From positions 1 through 35,637 of the forward strand of contig DXJL01000181.1 in assembly GCA_019057635.1 (NCBI GenBank): 35,637 bases of DNA, given 5' to 3'. Origin of the DNA: Candidatus Heimdallarchaeota archaeon. Its GTDB lineage: Archaea; Asgardarchaeota; Heimdallarchaeia; Hodarchaeales; Hodarchaeaceae. Made by a program: the position numbers and the translations under genes. The notes beneath the pieces are model-generated. The model was given only the letters and a program-made list of their open reading frames with translations. It ran no database searches and was not told the origin of the DNA. Shown here piece after piece: positions 8,172-16,527 of the stretch. Within the stretch, counting starts at the first letter, position 1; every line of letters starts with the position of its first letter.

Positions 8172-9560
8172 TCATTTGTAGAATCGATTACGAATGATGA
8201 TTAATATCCCAACAAAAAAGCCACTAATGATGACTATCTGGCTTGAGCTTTCCAGAATTACTCTATTCGGCGCAGGAAGTATTTTAAATATTGGATTTAG
8301 TTCTTCTACTTGGAGTTCCGGGTCATAATATATTTCATCTCCCTGTGGAAATATAAAACCTCCACTGAGAAATACGGTCTGAGCAATAGGACTAATAGAA
8401 GGACTCAATGACATGGCTACCCTATCTGATGAGAAGGGTTGAAAATTAACAGAGCGGTTTACCCCATCCACGCTCACGTTTTGAGTCCATATGAATTTCA
8501 AAAAGTCTCTAAGTGAATTACCAAGAGAAAAACGTTTGTTAGCGAAAGAATCAGCTGTATAGTTAACCTCTTGAGCGCTAGATTGATCTAAAATATGACT
8601 CTGCGTTTGACCATTGAGTAATGTAGAAAATTTAAACTGGCCAAGAAGATCGGACTTCTGTAAGACTTCACGAGTGAGAGTTATATTTTCAATTCTAGAA
8701 GTTAACCCCAAAATCTCTTCGTGCGCAAAAAATTCGAGTCGTAGCACAAGTTGGGATGTGGATGTAGAAAAATCCCATCCACTAATATTGCAAGAAAATT
8801 TGAGTTGAGGGGCAAAACGTATGGCTTCTACCGTTCGAGAGTCGGTAGATCGAGTTACCGTAAATCCGTTTCCATCTGAACGAATCCTAATCTTGGGAAT
8901 CGTAGGTACAACAACTTGAGATTTTTCAACCTCAAAGTCAATAGAAAACACTAAAGAGTCAAGATTATTTGTCGGAGCTGGAAATCTGGATGGTAAATAC
9001 TGTAAATCATTAGCAAAGAAATCTAAATGATAACTCAGTTCTGTAGCGGACTCATTAGAAGAAGATCGGCTAGCATTAATCTGAAATTTCACTGTAGACA
9101 AATCAATGAATTTTTTTATACTTGGGGAGAGAAAAGAGCTATTATATTTGTTATCAGTTCCTCCAGTATCAAATTCAACAATTCTAACCAGCTTGATAAG
9201 AAATGTATTTCGGGTCATCAGTTGAGTTCGATTTGTTACTGTACCCTGATGATTTTGAAATTCGATTTCAGTAAGTTTTTGAGTAAAATCGGCAAAGAAT
9301 GACAATGGAAAAGCATTATTAGCTGTACCGAATAATACTCCTAATGAGCTTGTTGAAGTTTGAGCCATTATGGCATTCACACCATTAAAACGGTCGAGTT
9401 GGGTTTGCACTAATCTTATTAACTTCGACTTTTCATTTGTGGCTGATTTCACATCAGATTGGGCGACTACCATCACAGACATAACATTGATTGAAAAAAG
9501 ACCTATTAATAACACTCCAACGTATAAGCGTTTATAAGAAGGAATGATCGAAGATTTCAT
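8172..9560 (-). CDS. Secreted, C-terminally anchored beta-rich glycoprotein, function unknown
   Basis: Signal peptide (YKRLYVGVLLIGLFSINVMSVMVVA), nine sequons, C-terminal TM IVIISGFFVGILIII followed by RNRFYK; GAGG upstream of the ATG. Confidence 0.75.
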   Translation of the reverse strand: MKSSIIPSYKRLYVGVLLIGLFSINVMSVMVVAQSDVKSATNEKSKLIRLVQTQLDRFNGVNAIMAQTSTSSLGVLFGTANNAFPLSFFADFTQKLTEIEFQNHQGTVTNRTQLMTRNTFLIKLVRIVEFDTGGTDNKYNSSFLSPSIKKFIDLSTVKFQINASRSSSNESATELSYHLDFFANDLQYLPSRFPAPTNNLDSLVFSIDFEVEKSQVVVPTIPKIRIRSDGNGFTVTRSTDSRTVEAIRFAPQLKFSCNISGWDFSTSTSQLVLRLEFFAHEEILGLTSRIENITLTREVLQKSDLLGQFKFSTLLNGQTQSHILDQSSAQEVNYTADSFANKRFSLGNSLRDFLKFIWTQNVSVDGVNRSVNFQPFSSDRVAMSLSPSISPIAQTVFLSGGFIFPQGDEIYYDPELQVEELNPIFKILPAPNRVILESSSQIVIISGFFVGILIIIRNRFYK

Positions 9561-9708
9561 TTGTTTGCCTCTCGAATGAACTTACTCGCAACTAATTAAA
9601 TATCATTCATTAAACGATTCTTGAGTATTATTGAAGGTAGGTTTTTCTAGTAATCAACTACTCTATGAGACTTTAGAGGTATGTATTAGTAAATTATGGT
9701 GCTAAACC

Positions 9709-10482
9709 ATGGATGATCAACAGGATAAATTAGAACATTTGAAAAAACGCGCAAAACCATTCTATTTTGACGGATCGGAGACAGGTGTTCTTCTAACTCA
9801 CGGACTCACTGCGTCGCCCACAGAAATGCTATCTCTTGGCCAATTTTTACATAAAAAAGGCTTTAGTGTTCATGGTGTACGTTTAGCAGGACATGGAACC
9901 AATTATCGTGATCTCCCAAAATATTCGTATCTAGATTGGTTAAATTCCTGTACAGAAGGATTAGACCTTCTAACTAAGAAATGTGATACGATCATACCTA
10001 TTGGTATATCAATGGGCGCTCTTCTATCAGTGCTTCTAATTCATCAGAACCACGATATCAATTTCAAAAAACTTGTTCTATTAGCTCCTGCATTTGGTTT
10101 GAAATCAAAATTAGCTACCTTAACACCTATTCTTTCATATTTTGTCAAATTCGTGTATAAAGGAGATTCTGTCCTCCAATATTATTTAGATCATGACCTC
10201 TACGCTTATTATTATTATCCTACAAAGGCAATTTCCCAGTATATGAGCCTTCGTCGGTATTTTCAAAAGCGATCAATGCAGATTAATGTACCCACGCTTA
10301 TTGCTTATGGAAACCTGGATGATACAATTGAGGTTACTGAAATTGATAAAGTAACCAATGAAAAATTCAGTCCAGAGGCAAAAATAGAGATTGACACATT
10401 TCCACACTCAGGACATAACTTTACTACTGATCCAGATGCCCAAGAGCTGTTTGAACAAATAAAAATATTCCTAGACGATTAA
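9709..10482 (+). CDS. Alpha/beta hydrolase (carboxylesterase / monoacylglycerol lipase-like)
   Basis: LLTHGLTASP oxyanion region, LAGHGT, nucleophile elbow GISMG, Asp in DDTI and His in SGH. Confidence 0.9.
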   Translation: MDDQQDKLEHLKKRAKPFYFDGSETGVLLTHGLTASPTEMLSLGQFLHKKGFSVHGVRLAGHGTNYRDLPKYSYLDWLNSCTEGLDLLTKKCDTIIPIGISMGALLSVLLIHQNHDINFKKLVLLAPAFGLKSKLATLTPILSYFVKFVYKGDSVLQYYLDHDLYAYYYYPTKAISQYMSLRRYFQKRSMQINVPTLIAYGNLDDTIEVTEIDKVTNEKFSPEAKIEIDTFPHSGHNFTTDPDAQELFEQIKIFLDD

Positions 10483-11819
10483 TTTGAATTTTCTAGGGGT
10501 GCCAGAGGAAGAGTAAATGAAATAGTTGTTCCCTCTCCTTCTTTGCTCTCCAACCATATCTTACCTTCATGGGTTTCGATAATTTTCTTTACTTGTGCTA
10601 GTCCAATACCTGACCCTTCTATTTCTTCATTCACATTTGATGCTCGGGTGAATAAATTGAATACTTGAGTCAATGAATTTTCTGGTATCCCAATTCCATT
10701 GTCTTTTACATGAATCTTAACATATTCAGAGTCTTGATCACTAATACCAATCCTTATTAAAGGAGAAGATTGGTTTCCCATGAATTTAATACAATTTCCT
10801 ATTAAATTATCAAAAAGTTGAACCATTCGATTCAATTCAACATTGACATCAGGAAATTCGGTCTCCAACTCTACCTTAATATTCTTACTTCGGAAGTCTT
10901 GCGAAAACCTGTTAAGAGATTCATTTAGAATTACCGATAGATTAACTGAAGTTCTTTCTTGTGAAAATCTTCCAATACGAGAGTATTCAAGTATTTCATC
11001 AATCATTGCTATGACATGATGAGCATTATGTTTCATTCGCTCAAGATAAAAAGAGCTGTCTGATGTAAGAATATTCCCCGCATCGGTCTTTAAAGTCTCA
11101 ATAAAGCCTAATATAGAAATGACAGGAGTTTTCAAATCATGACTAATGCTATACACGAACTCTTCAACCTCTTGAGTCTTTAGTCGAAGCTCCTGTGTCT
11201 GTGACTTGATTTTTTTAAGTAATTCGGATCGTTGCTCGTTTTCTCTTTGCAACCGTTGTGAATCATCCAAAATTTGCGTTTTGGCGCGTTTTAATGCCTT
11301 CTTAAGTTCAATATTTACATAATTGAGTGTTAATAAGCTCGAAATAGTCTGAAAGAAATCAAGATCTGCTTTTTGAAAACCCAAAGGTTCTTCAAAACTA
11401 ATCAAGCCGAAGAAGCAATGCGGTGTATGTTTAGTATCAATGCGAGAAATGAGCATTTCTTGAATAATCTTGCCTCCAAGTGAAATGGAGTTTGTACTAA
11501 GCTCACCAAAACGATGATATGAAACATCAGAATCAAGTTTTTGTTTTTTCAGGTCGTCTAAAAACTCTGAAACATCTTTAGACGAAAAAATATGTCTTGT
11601 TGGACAGATCAATAGTCCTGGTCTTGTAGTTGGACTACTCAAGAATAAAAATGAGAAGGAATAAAAATCCTTTAGAATTAAATGTAAGGTTCTAAGAATT
11701 GCATTAGGAGAGTTGAGATTAATCAATTTTTGTGACAGACTCTGTATTATCTTACCCCTGTTGGATTCCGTCAACGATTTCTTGTTGAACTCTTTAACTT
11801 CTGTCTTCAAACAACTCAA
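10479..11819 (-). CDS. Cytoplasmic sensor histidine kinase (GAF-like input, coiled coil, HisKA, HATPase_c)
   Basis: H box SISHDLKTP, N box QLFDNLIGNCIKF, G1 VKDNGIGI, F box VFNLFTR, G2 GSGIGLA. Confidence 0.93.
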   Translation of the reverse strand: MSCLKTEVKEFNKKSLTESNRGKIIQSLSQKLINLNSPNAILRTLHLILKDFYSFSFLFLSSPTTRPGLLICPTRHIFSSKDVSEFLDDLKKQKLDSDVSYHRFGELSTNSISLGGKIIQEMLISRIDTKHTPHCFFGLISFEEPLGFQKADLDFFQTISSLLTLNYVNIELKKALKRAKTQILDDSQRLQRENEQRSELLKKIKSQTQELRLKTQEVEEFVYSISHDLKTPVISILGFIETLKTDAGNILTSDSSFYLERMKHNAHHVIAMIDEILEYSRIGRFSQERTSVNLSVILNESLNRFSQDFRSKNIKVELETEFPDVNVELNRMVQLFDNLIGNCIKFMGNQSSPLIRIGISDQDSEYVKIHVKDNGIGIPENSLTQVFNLFTRASNVNEEIEGSGIGLAQVKKIIETHEGKIWLESKEGEGTTISFTLPLAPLENSN

Positions 11820-12022
11820 CTAATCACTCGTTTCTATGAATCAATATTTCAAATCTTGTATTTAAAGGATTCATTTTATCCCAGCTTCGACTGCTGTTGA
11901 AGTGGAAATATTTCTTAGGTTAACATTATGCTTTACTGAGTACTTTTCAAAGAAAATAATTTTAAGCTAACTAAGTGACAGTTATGCCATATAGAAAATA
12001 GAAATTCCTTCCCCATATCACA

Positions 12023-12044
12023 AGAGATTTAAAAAAAAATCTCT
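12023..12044 (-). terminator. Probable terminator after the NifU-domain gene
   Basis: AGAGATTT...AAATCTCT inverted repeat enclosing a 9-A run (T9 on the coding strand) right at the stop codon. Confidence 0.4.
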
Positions 12045-12273
12045 ATACTGAAACAACGTCTTTTAGGTCTGGAAAATTCTGTTGAAGAGCTTTTTTTATT
12101 CCGTTTGAAAGTGTCATCTGTGAATAGGCGCAACCTCGGCAGGCACCCATTAAACGTACCTTAAGAATACCGCTATCAACGTCATAATCAACATATTCGA
12201 CATCGCCACCATCTCGTTGAAGAGCTGGTCTTATCTGTTCCAAATTAGTTACGATTTGATCTTTAATGGACAT
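12043..12273 (-). CDS. NifU C-terminal-domain (Nfu-type) Fe-S carrier
   Basis: IRPALQRDGGDVE...VRLMGACRGC..S..TL..GI with the CxxC motif; SD-like AGGAAGG upstream. Confidence 0.93.
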   Translation of the reverse strand: MSIKDQIVTNLEQIRPALQRDGGDVEYVDYDVDSGILKVRLMGACRGCAYSQMTLSNGIKKALQQNFPDLKDVVSV

Positions 12274-12340
12274 AGATTATCCTTCCTTACTGAGGGGGAG
12301 TCCTATAGTTTTCTATATTAGCATTTCGTTACTGATTCCG

Positions 12341-13354
12341 TCAATCCCGAAGATAATGACCATTTAACGAGGTGTCATTTGCTATGACTAAATCTCCAAT
12401 ATCTATAGCTACTTCTCGTAATTGGCCCAAAAAACTGATTAGTGAAGTTAATTTAGAAACAACTTCCTTATCATGTTTGGAAATGTCTTCTTGAATTTCT
12501 TTATGTATATTTTTTAACTGATTATCAATTCTATGCTTTAGCTCTTCAGCAGCGAGAACATCTCCCGCAAAAAACGAATCCAAACTCTCAGCTAATGCCA
12601 TCGTTATTAAATTACTTAATTTTTTTATCTTATTTAATGAAGACTTAGTAAGTGTACTTTTCATGTTCTGATTCTTTTTTACTGTTGTAGCAAAATCAAC
12701 TGAAGCGTCTCCTAAGTTTTCACCATATGCTGCTACCATACGCCAATCCAAACATGTTGTTGGTCTGATATTAGAAATTTCCCGCTTATCGTTTACCATT
12801 ATCTTGAGCATTCTTACAATGAGGAAATATAAGCGATTTACTTCTACATCTCTTTCGATAACTTCTTCTGCGAGGGTAATATCGTCATTTATGAAAGCAG
12901 ATATTGCATCACTTTGCATCTGATTGGCTATAGAGAAGCATCTGTGGACATATTCGCGGGGATTTGGGAGTGAACTTGAATCAATTAAAAAGTGTAGCTC
13001 GATACTTTCTTGTGTTTCCCCAAGGATTTCTAAACCTACAAGTTGTCGACTTAGATCTCGAATTACACTTTTTTTTTGAAGAGGAGTACCCTTTTTTGAT
13101 TCAATGATTATTACATCGCTTCCTAACAGATAAGCGGCAAGAATATCACGAGTTACATGTGCAGACTCTTGAATTCTGGTTATTCTTTTTTCTATAGGAA
13201 TTTCAGTTGGATAAATCAATAATTCACCAGAGGACATTTCTTTAATAACAACATTTGATCCTTTATCGAGTTGATGACGTGCTGCCCAATCTTTGGGTAA
13301 AGAGATAATCCTAGTGTCCCCCGCTCCAGTAACTTGGATTTTACGAATTTCCAT
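12341..13354 (-). CDS. phoU: Archaeal phosphate uptake regulator (AbrB-like N-terminal domain plus PhoU domains)
   Basis: RKIQVTG...ISLPKDW, RDILAAYLLG.D.I, GLEI, VIERD.EVNRLYFL..R, E..GD. Confidence 0.88.
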   Translation of the reverse strand: MEIRKIQVTGAGDTRIISLPKDWAARHQLDKGSNVVIKEMSSGELLIYPTEIPIEKRITRIQESAHVTRDILAAYLLGSDVIIIESKKGTPLQKKSVIRDLSRQLVGLEILGETQESIELHFLIDSSSLPNPREYVHRCFSIANQMQSDAISAFINDDITLAEEVIERDVEVNRLYFLIVRMLKIMVNDKREISNIRPTTCLDWRMVAAYGENLGDASVDFATTVKKNQNMKSTLTKSSLNKIKKLSNLITMALAESLDSFFAGDVLAAEELKHRIDNQLKNIHKEIQEDISKHDKEVVSKLTSLISFLGQLREVAIDIGDLVIANDTSLNGHYLRD

Positions 13355-13449
13355 CCTTTGATGAGTCTCCTTTGTTGAATCTCATTATTTCCCTAAGTCA
13401 TATTATTTTATATATATTCGTACATAAACAACGAGTCAGATTTGTCTAC

Positions 13450-14553
13450 TCATATCTCCAGAAGCTCAAATCGTGGTATTTCACTTGCAGAAATTCCGTC
13501 ATCGATTTTAATAACGTCATCTTCAATTCTAATTCCAAATTTTCCTGGAAGATATATACCAGGCTCAATAGTAAAGCAATTACCTGTTTTCAAAGGAGTT
13601 TTATTACCTTCAAGAATATAAGGGTGTTCATGTACCTCTAGGCCCAATCCATGACCAGTACGGTGTGTGAAGAATTTTCCGTACCCTTTTTTAGATATTA
13701 CATCACGAGTCCCCACATCAATATCATGTGGAGTCCGTCCTTGGCTCGCTAATTTTTTCCCACGAATATTTGCTTGGTTTACAAGTTCAAAGATCTCTTT
13801 AAATTTATCACTCGCTTTTCCAAAAACACTAGTAACTGTAATATCTCCCCAATAGTTTTCAACGGTACCTCCTGCATCTATCAATACTACATCATCCCTT
13901 TTTAATCGTCTATCGCCCCCATGATAATGAGGCAATGCAGAGTTATCTCCAAATTGGACTAAATTGAAGACGGATTCATTAGCTCCCCAGAGTAATCGAT
14001 TTTTAAGTATACTCTGAACTTCATATTCAGTCAATCCCTGTTCAAGTTTATAAAGAGTTTTGATTATTACTTCACTAGTCTTTTTGTATGCCTGCTGCAT
14101 TTTCTTTATTTCGATTTCATCTTTTACCATTCGTAGTGAATTAAATAATTTCTCTACATTAACGAACTCTTTTCCAGGTAAACAACGTGATATAGATTGG
14201 TACACAGAAAACCACAATTTTGGTTCAATACCAATCGTTTTTACACTCTTTGGGATTATATCATTAGCTAATATTGTGAAAGGATTCTCAGTTTCCTCCC
14301 ATTCCGTAACATCTGAGACACCAGTCACTTTTTTGATACGATCTGATTCAAAAGCAGGAACAAGAAATTTTGGTGTATCTTCTGACCCAATAATGGTGAT
14401 AAGCAGTCTTTCTGATGGTTCCTCCTTGATTTTATATAGCCATCTGAAATTAATACCGAGTGGTGCAATTATTATATCAATATTAGCTTCTCTCATTTCG
14501 TGTTGTAGTTTTTCAACCTGGGACAGCTTTGGATTCATTAATAACCATCTCAA
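13450..14553 (-). CDS. Xaa-Pro aminopeptidase/dipeptidase (M24B)
   Basis: LRMVKD..EI, ALPH, VLIDAG, GDIT, FTHRTGHGLGLEVHE, TIEPGIY, GIRIEDD; likely start is ATG at 14538. Confidence 0.93.
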   Translation of the reverse strand: MRWLLMNPKLSQVEKLQHEMREANIDIIIAPLGINFRWLYKIKEEPSERLLITIIGSEDTPKFLVPAFESDRIKKVTGVSDVTEWEETENPFTILANDIIPKSVKTIGIEPKLWFSVYQSISRCLPGKEFVNVEKLFNSLRMVKDEIEIKKMQQAYKKTSEVIIKTLYKLEQGLTEYEVQSILKNRLLWGANESVFNLVQFGDNSALPHYHGGDRRLKRDDVVLIDAGGTVENYWGDITVTSVFGKASDKFKEIFELVNQANIRGKKLASQGRTPHDIDVGTRDVISKKGYGKFFTHRTGHGLGLEVHEHPYILEGNKTPLKTGNCFTIEPGIYLPGKFGIRIEDDVIKIDDGISASEIPRFELLEI

Positions 14554-14577
14554 ACATAAATTAGATCTTAGGTCCTT

Positions 14578-16506
14578 TTGGTCAATCTTTTATTAGTAAT
14601 AGTCTATTATCTTTTTGTGAAAGCTACGAGTGATCAGTTATCCATTATAAACAAATATCTTCAAAGTATTGCTTTTGGAGATATTGAATATTTAGATACA
14701 AAAGAAAGGGAAAAAGAGATAATAGCAAGTCTTCGAGGAATTACTAATAAAGACTCGTACTTTCTGTTGAGTGGTAAGCTCTTTTCACAAGTTATCACTG
14801 ATAAAATGGCTTTGTACAATAAATCTCGTCAAATTGAATTTTTATGGCAACAGGACTTCATGGACATTTTTAAGAAAGTGTATGAAGAGACACGGGCGAC
14901 TGGGAGTGAACCTTGGGAAGCCGAAGTTCAAACTACTAAGATTTTATGGAATTCAATAGAAGATGACAAGTTTTCCCTTACAGCTGAAAGCATTTTAGAC
15001 TTCCGGGACAGTCGTTTAACTTATGAAATAGATCTAGAGCTCATTGAAAGGTTCAATGTTCAGAGAAATTTAATTAATACCGTTAGAAGCTCGGTAACCC
15101 TTCTTCGCTCCCCTTCTTCGATCTATCAAGAATCATCCAGTTTTGTTGAAAAAGCTATAAAACTGTATGAAGCTAAGCGATACAAAGAGACCAATGTTTT
15201 ATTTGAACTAGCTCTAAAAAACATTCAAGCACTAGAAGGAAATGCCACAGCTATTTCATTTGCCGTCCTAGCTGGATGTCTTCAAATATTAAATAGCGTT
15301 ACTATCTCGAAAGGGCTATATCTTTTTCAACGTGCTGATAAAATAATTGAGATTCTTGAGGATAAATCTGGTATCGGTGATAGTCTGGATGAAATGGCGC
15401 GTGGTTATTGGAGGATCGGGTTGTACAAAAAAACATTAGATATGCTTTCTATGAAATTATATATCCATACCATACAGAAGAGTGAACTTTCCATCATGTT
15501 CACGGAAGATAAGCTTAGTAATTTCTTCTATAATTTGCACCGATATATTGAAGCTCAAGAATGGGCATTACATTTTTTGAATTCCGCTGTCAGATCGACA
15601 GATGACGATTTAAAGATCACTTACTTTTTACAGGCAAATTTGAATTATGCTAAAATTCTAAAGGGTCTGAATTCGTGGGGAAAAGCCATAGAACACTTGA
15701 ACTATGCAGAGAGAACACTAAATCATTTAGATCTCTCAAGTGAAATAAGAAATCCTCTCCAACTTGACATTTCTCGCACTCGAGGGGACATTGCTGTTGC
15801 TAGAGGCGATTTTGGGACCGCGAAGCGAATTTTTGAGAGTGGAAGAGATAAACTTGTTTCTCTTAGAACTACATCTCCTGTATTCACCCGTTTCTTACGT
15901 TCAGAAGCAATTTTCTATAGAAATCAACTCGATTTCACGGAAGGCATCAATATTCTCCAACCACTATTTCAAGATAAGAATAGAACTAACCCCCGAAATG
16001 TTTCACTATTAGCAGAACTTCTAACTCTCCATTCACATGAAGATGCTGCTCTGAAACTTTTAGAAAAAGCAGAAAACCAACTAAATCAATGGAATTCTAT
16101 AACAGGATTGTCTCTCATTTATTTAAGTAAGGGATATACCTATTTATTAATGGAAAATTTTAATGAAGCTTCAAAATGGTTCCACAGTTCGTTAGACATT
16201 ATTAGTACTGATTTAGTGAATTTAAGAAGTTATATTGATGCGCATCTAAGCTTAGGATACATTGAGCTTGAAAAAGGTAATCTAAAGCTTGCTGAACGTC
16301 ATCAAGCATTTGCTGATGAGAAAGCATCAACCAGTGGGAGTTTAGGCTTATTACTAGATGCACAATTCTTGAAAGCCAATTTACGAATAAAACAAGGCTT
16401 CCAAGTGAATGGAATGAATATGATTCGCCAGATAGCCCAAGAAGCCAAAGATTTAGAAATTAGCTTTATGCATTCCAAAGCAAGATCTCGCTTAAATCAA
16501 AATTGA
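14578..16506 (+). CDS. Tetratricopeptide-repeat protein
   Basis: Repeated helix pairs with A/G/Y/L periodicity (MARGYWRIGLYKKTL, YAKILKGLNSWGKAIEHL, KGYTYLLMENFNEASKWF, LGYIELEKGNLKLAE). Likely start is GTG at 14617. Confidence 0.8.
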   Translation: MVNLLLVIVYYLFVKATSDQLSIINKYLQSIAFGDIEYLDTKEREKEIIASLRGITNKDSYFLLSGKLFSQVITDKMALYNKSRQIEFLWQQDFMDIFKKVYEETRATGSEPWEAEVQTTKILWNSIEDDKFSLTAESILDFRDSRLTYEIDLELIERFNVQRNLINTVRSSVTLLRSPSSIYQESSSFVEKAIKLYEAKRYKETNVLFELALKNIQALEGNATAISFAVLAGCLQILNSVTISKGLYLFQRADKIIEILEDKSGIGDSLDEMARGYWRIGLYKKTLDMLSMKLYIHTIQKSELSIMFTEDKLSNFFYNLHRYIEAQEWALHFLNSAVRSTDDDLKITYFLQANLNYAKILKGLNSWGKAIEHLNYAERTLNHLDLSSEIRNPLQLDISRTRGDIAVARGDFGTAKRIFESGRDKLVSLRTTSPVFTRFLRSEAIFYRNQLDFTEGINILQPLFQDKNRTNPRNVSLLAELLTLHSHEDAALKLLEKAENQLNQWNSITGLSLIYLSKGYTYLLMENFNEASKWFHSSLDIISTDLVNLRSYIDAHLSLGYIELEKGNLKLAERHQAFADEKASTSGSLGLLLDAQFLKANLRIKQGFQVNGMNMIRQIAQEAKDLEISFMHSKARSRLNQN

Positions 16507-16527
16507 TCAATTTTGATATTTCTTGAA

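Noticed and set aside
11830-11910. Hairpins (ATGAATC...GATTCAT; CTTCGAC-tgct-GTTGAAG) suggesting an ncRNA
   Set aside because: The stems are short in AT-rich DNA and show no known RNA motif; there is no covariation evidence.
14060-14596. 178-aa plus-strand ORF and the other antisense or nested ORFs in the track (e.g. 24374-24733, 27594-27983, 32552-32869, 35066-35521)
   Set aside because: They are shadows of well-supported genes on the opposite strand, with Ser/Ile/Phe-rich composition and no motifs.
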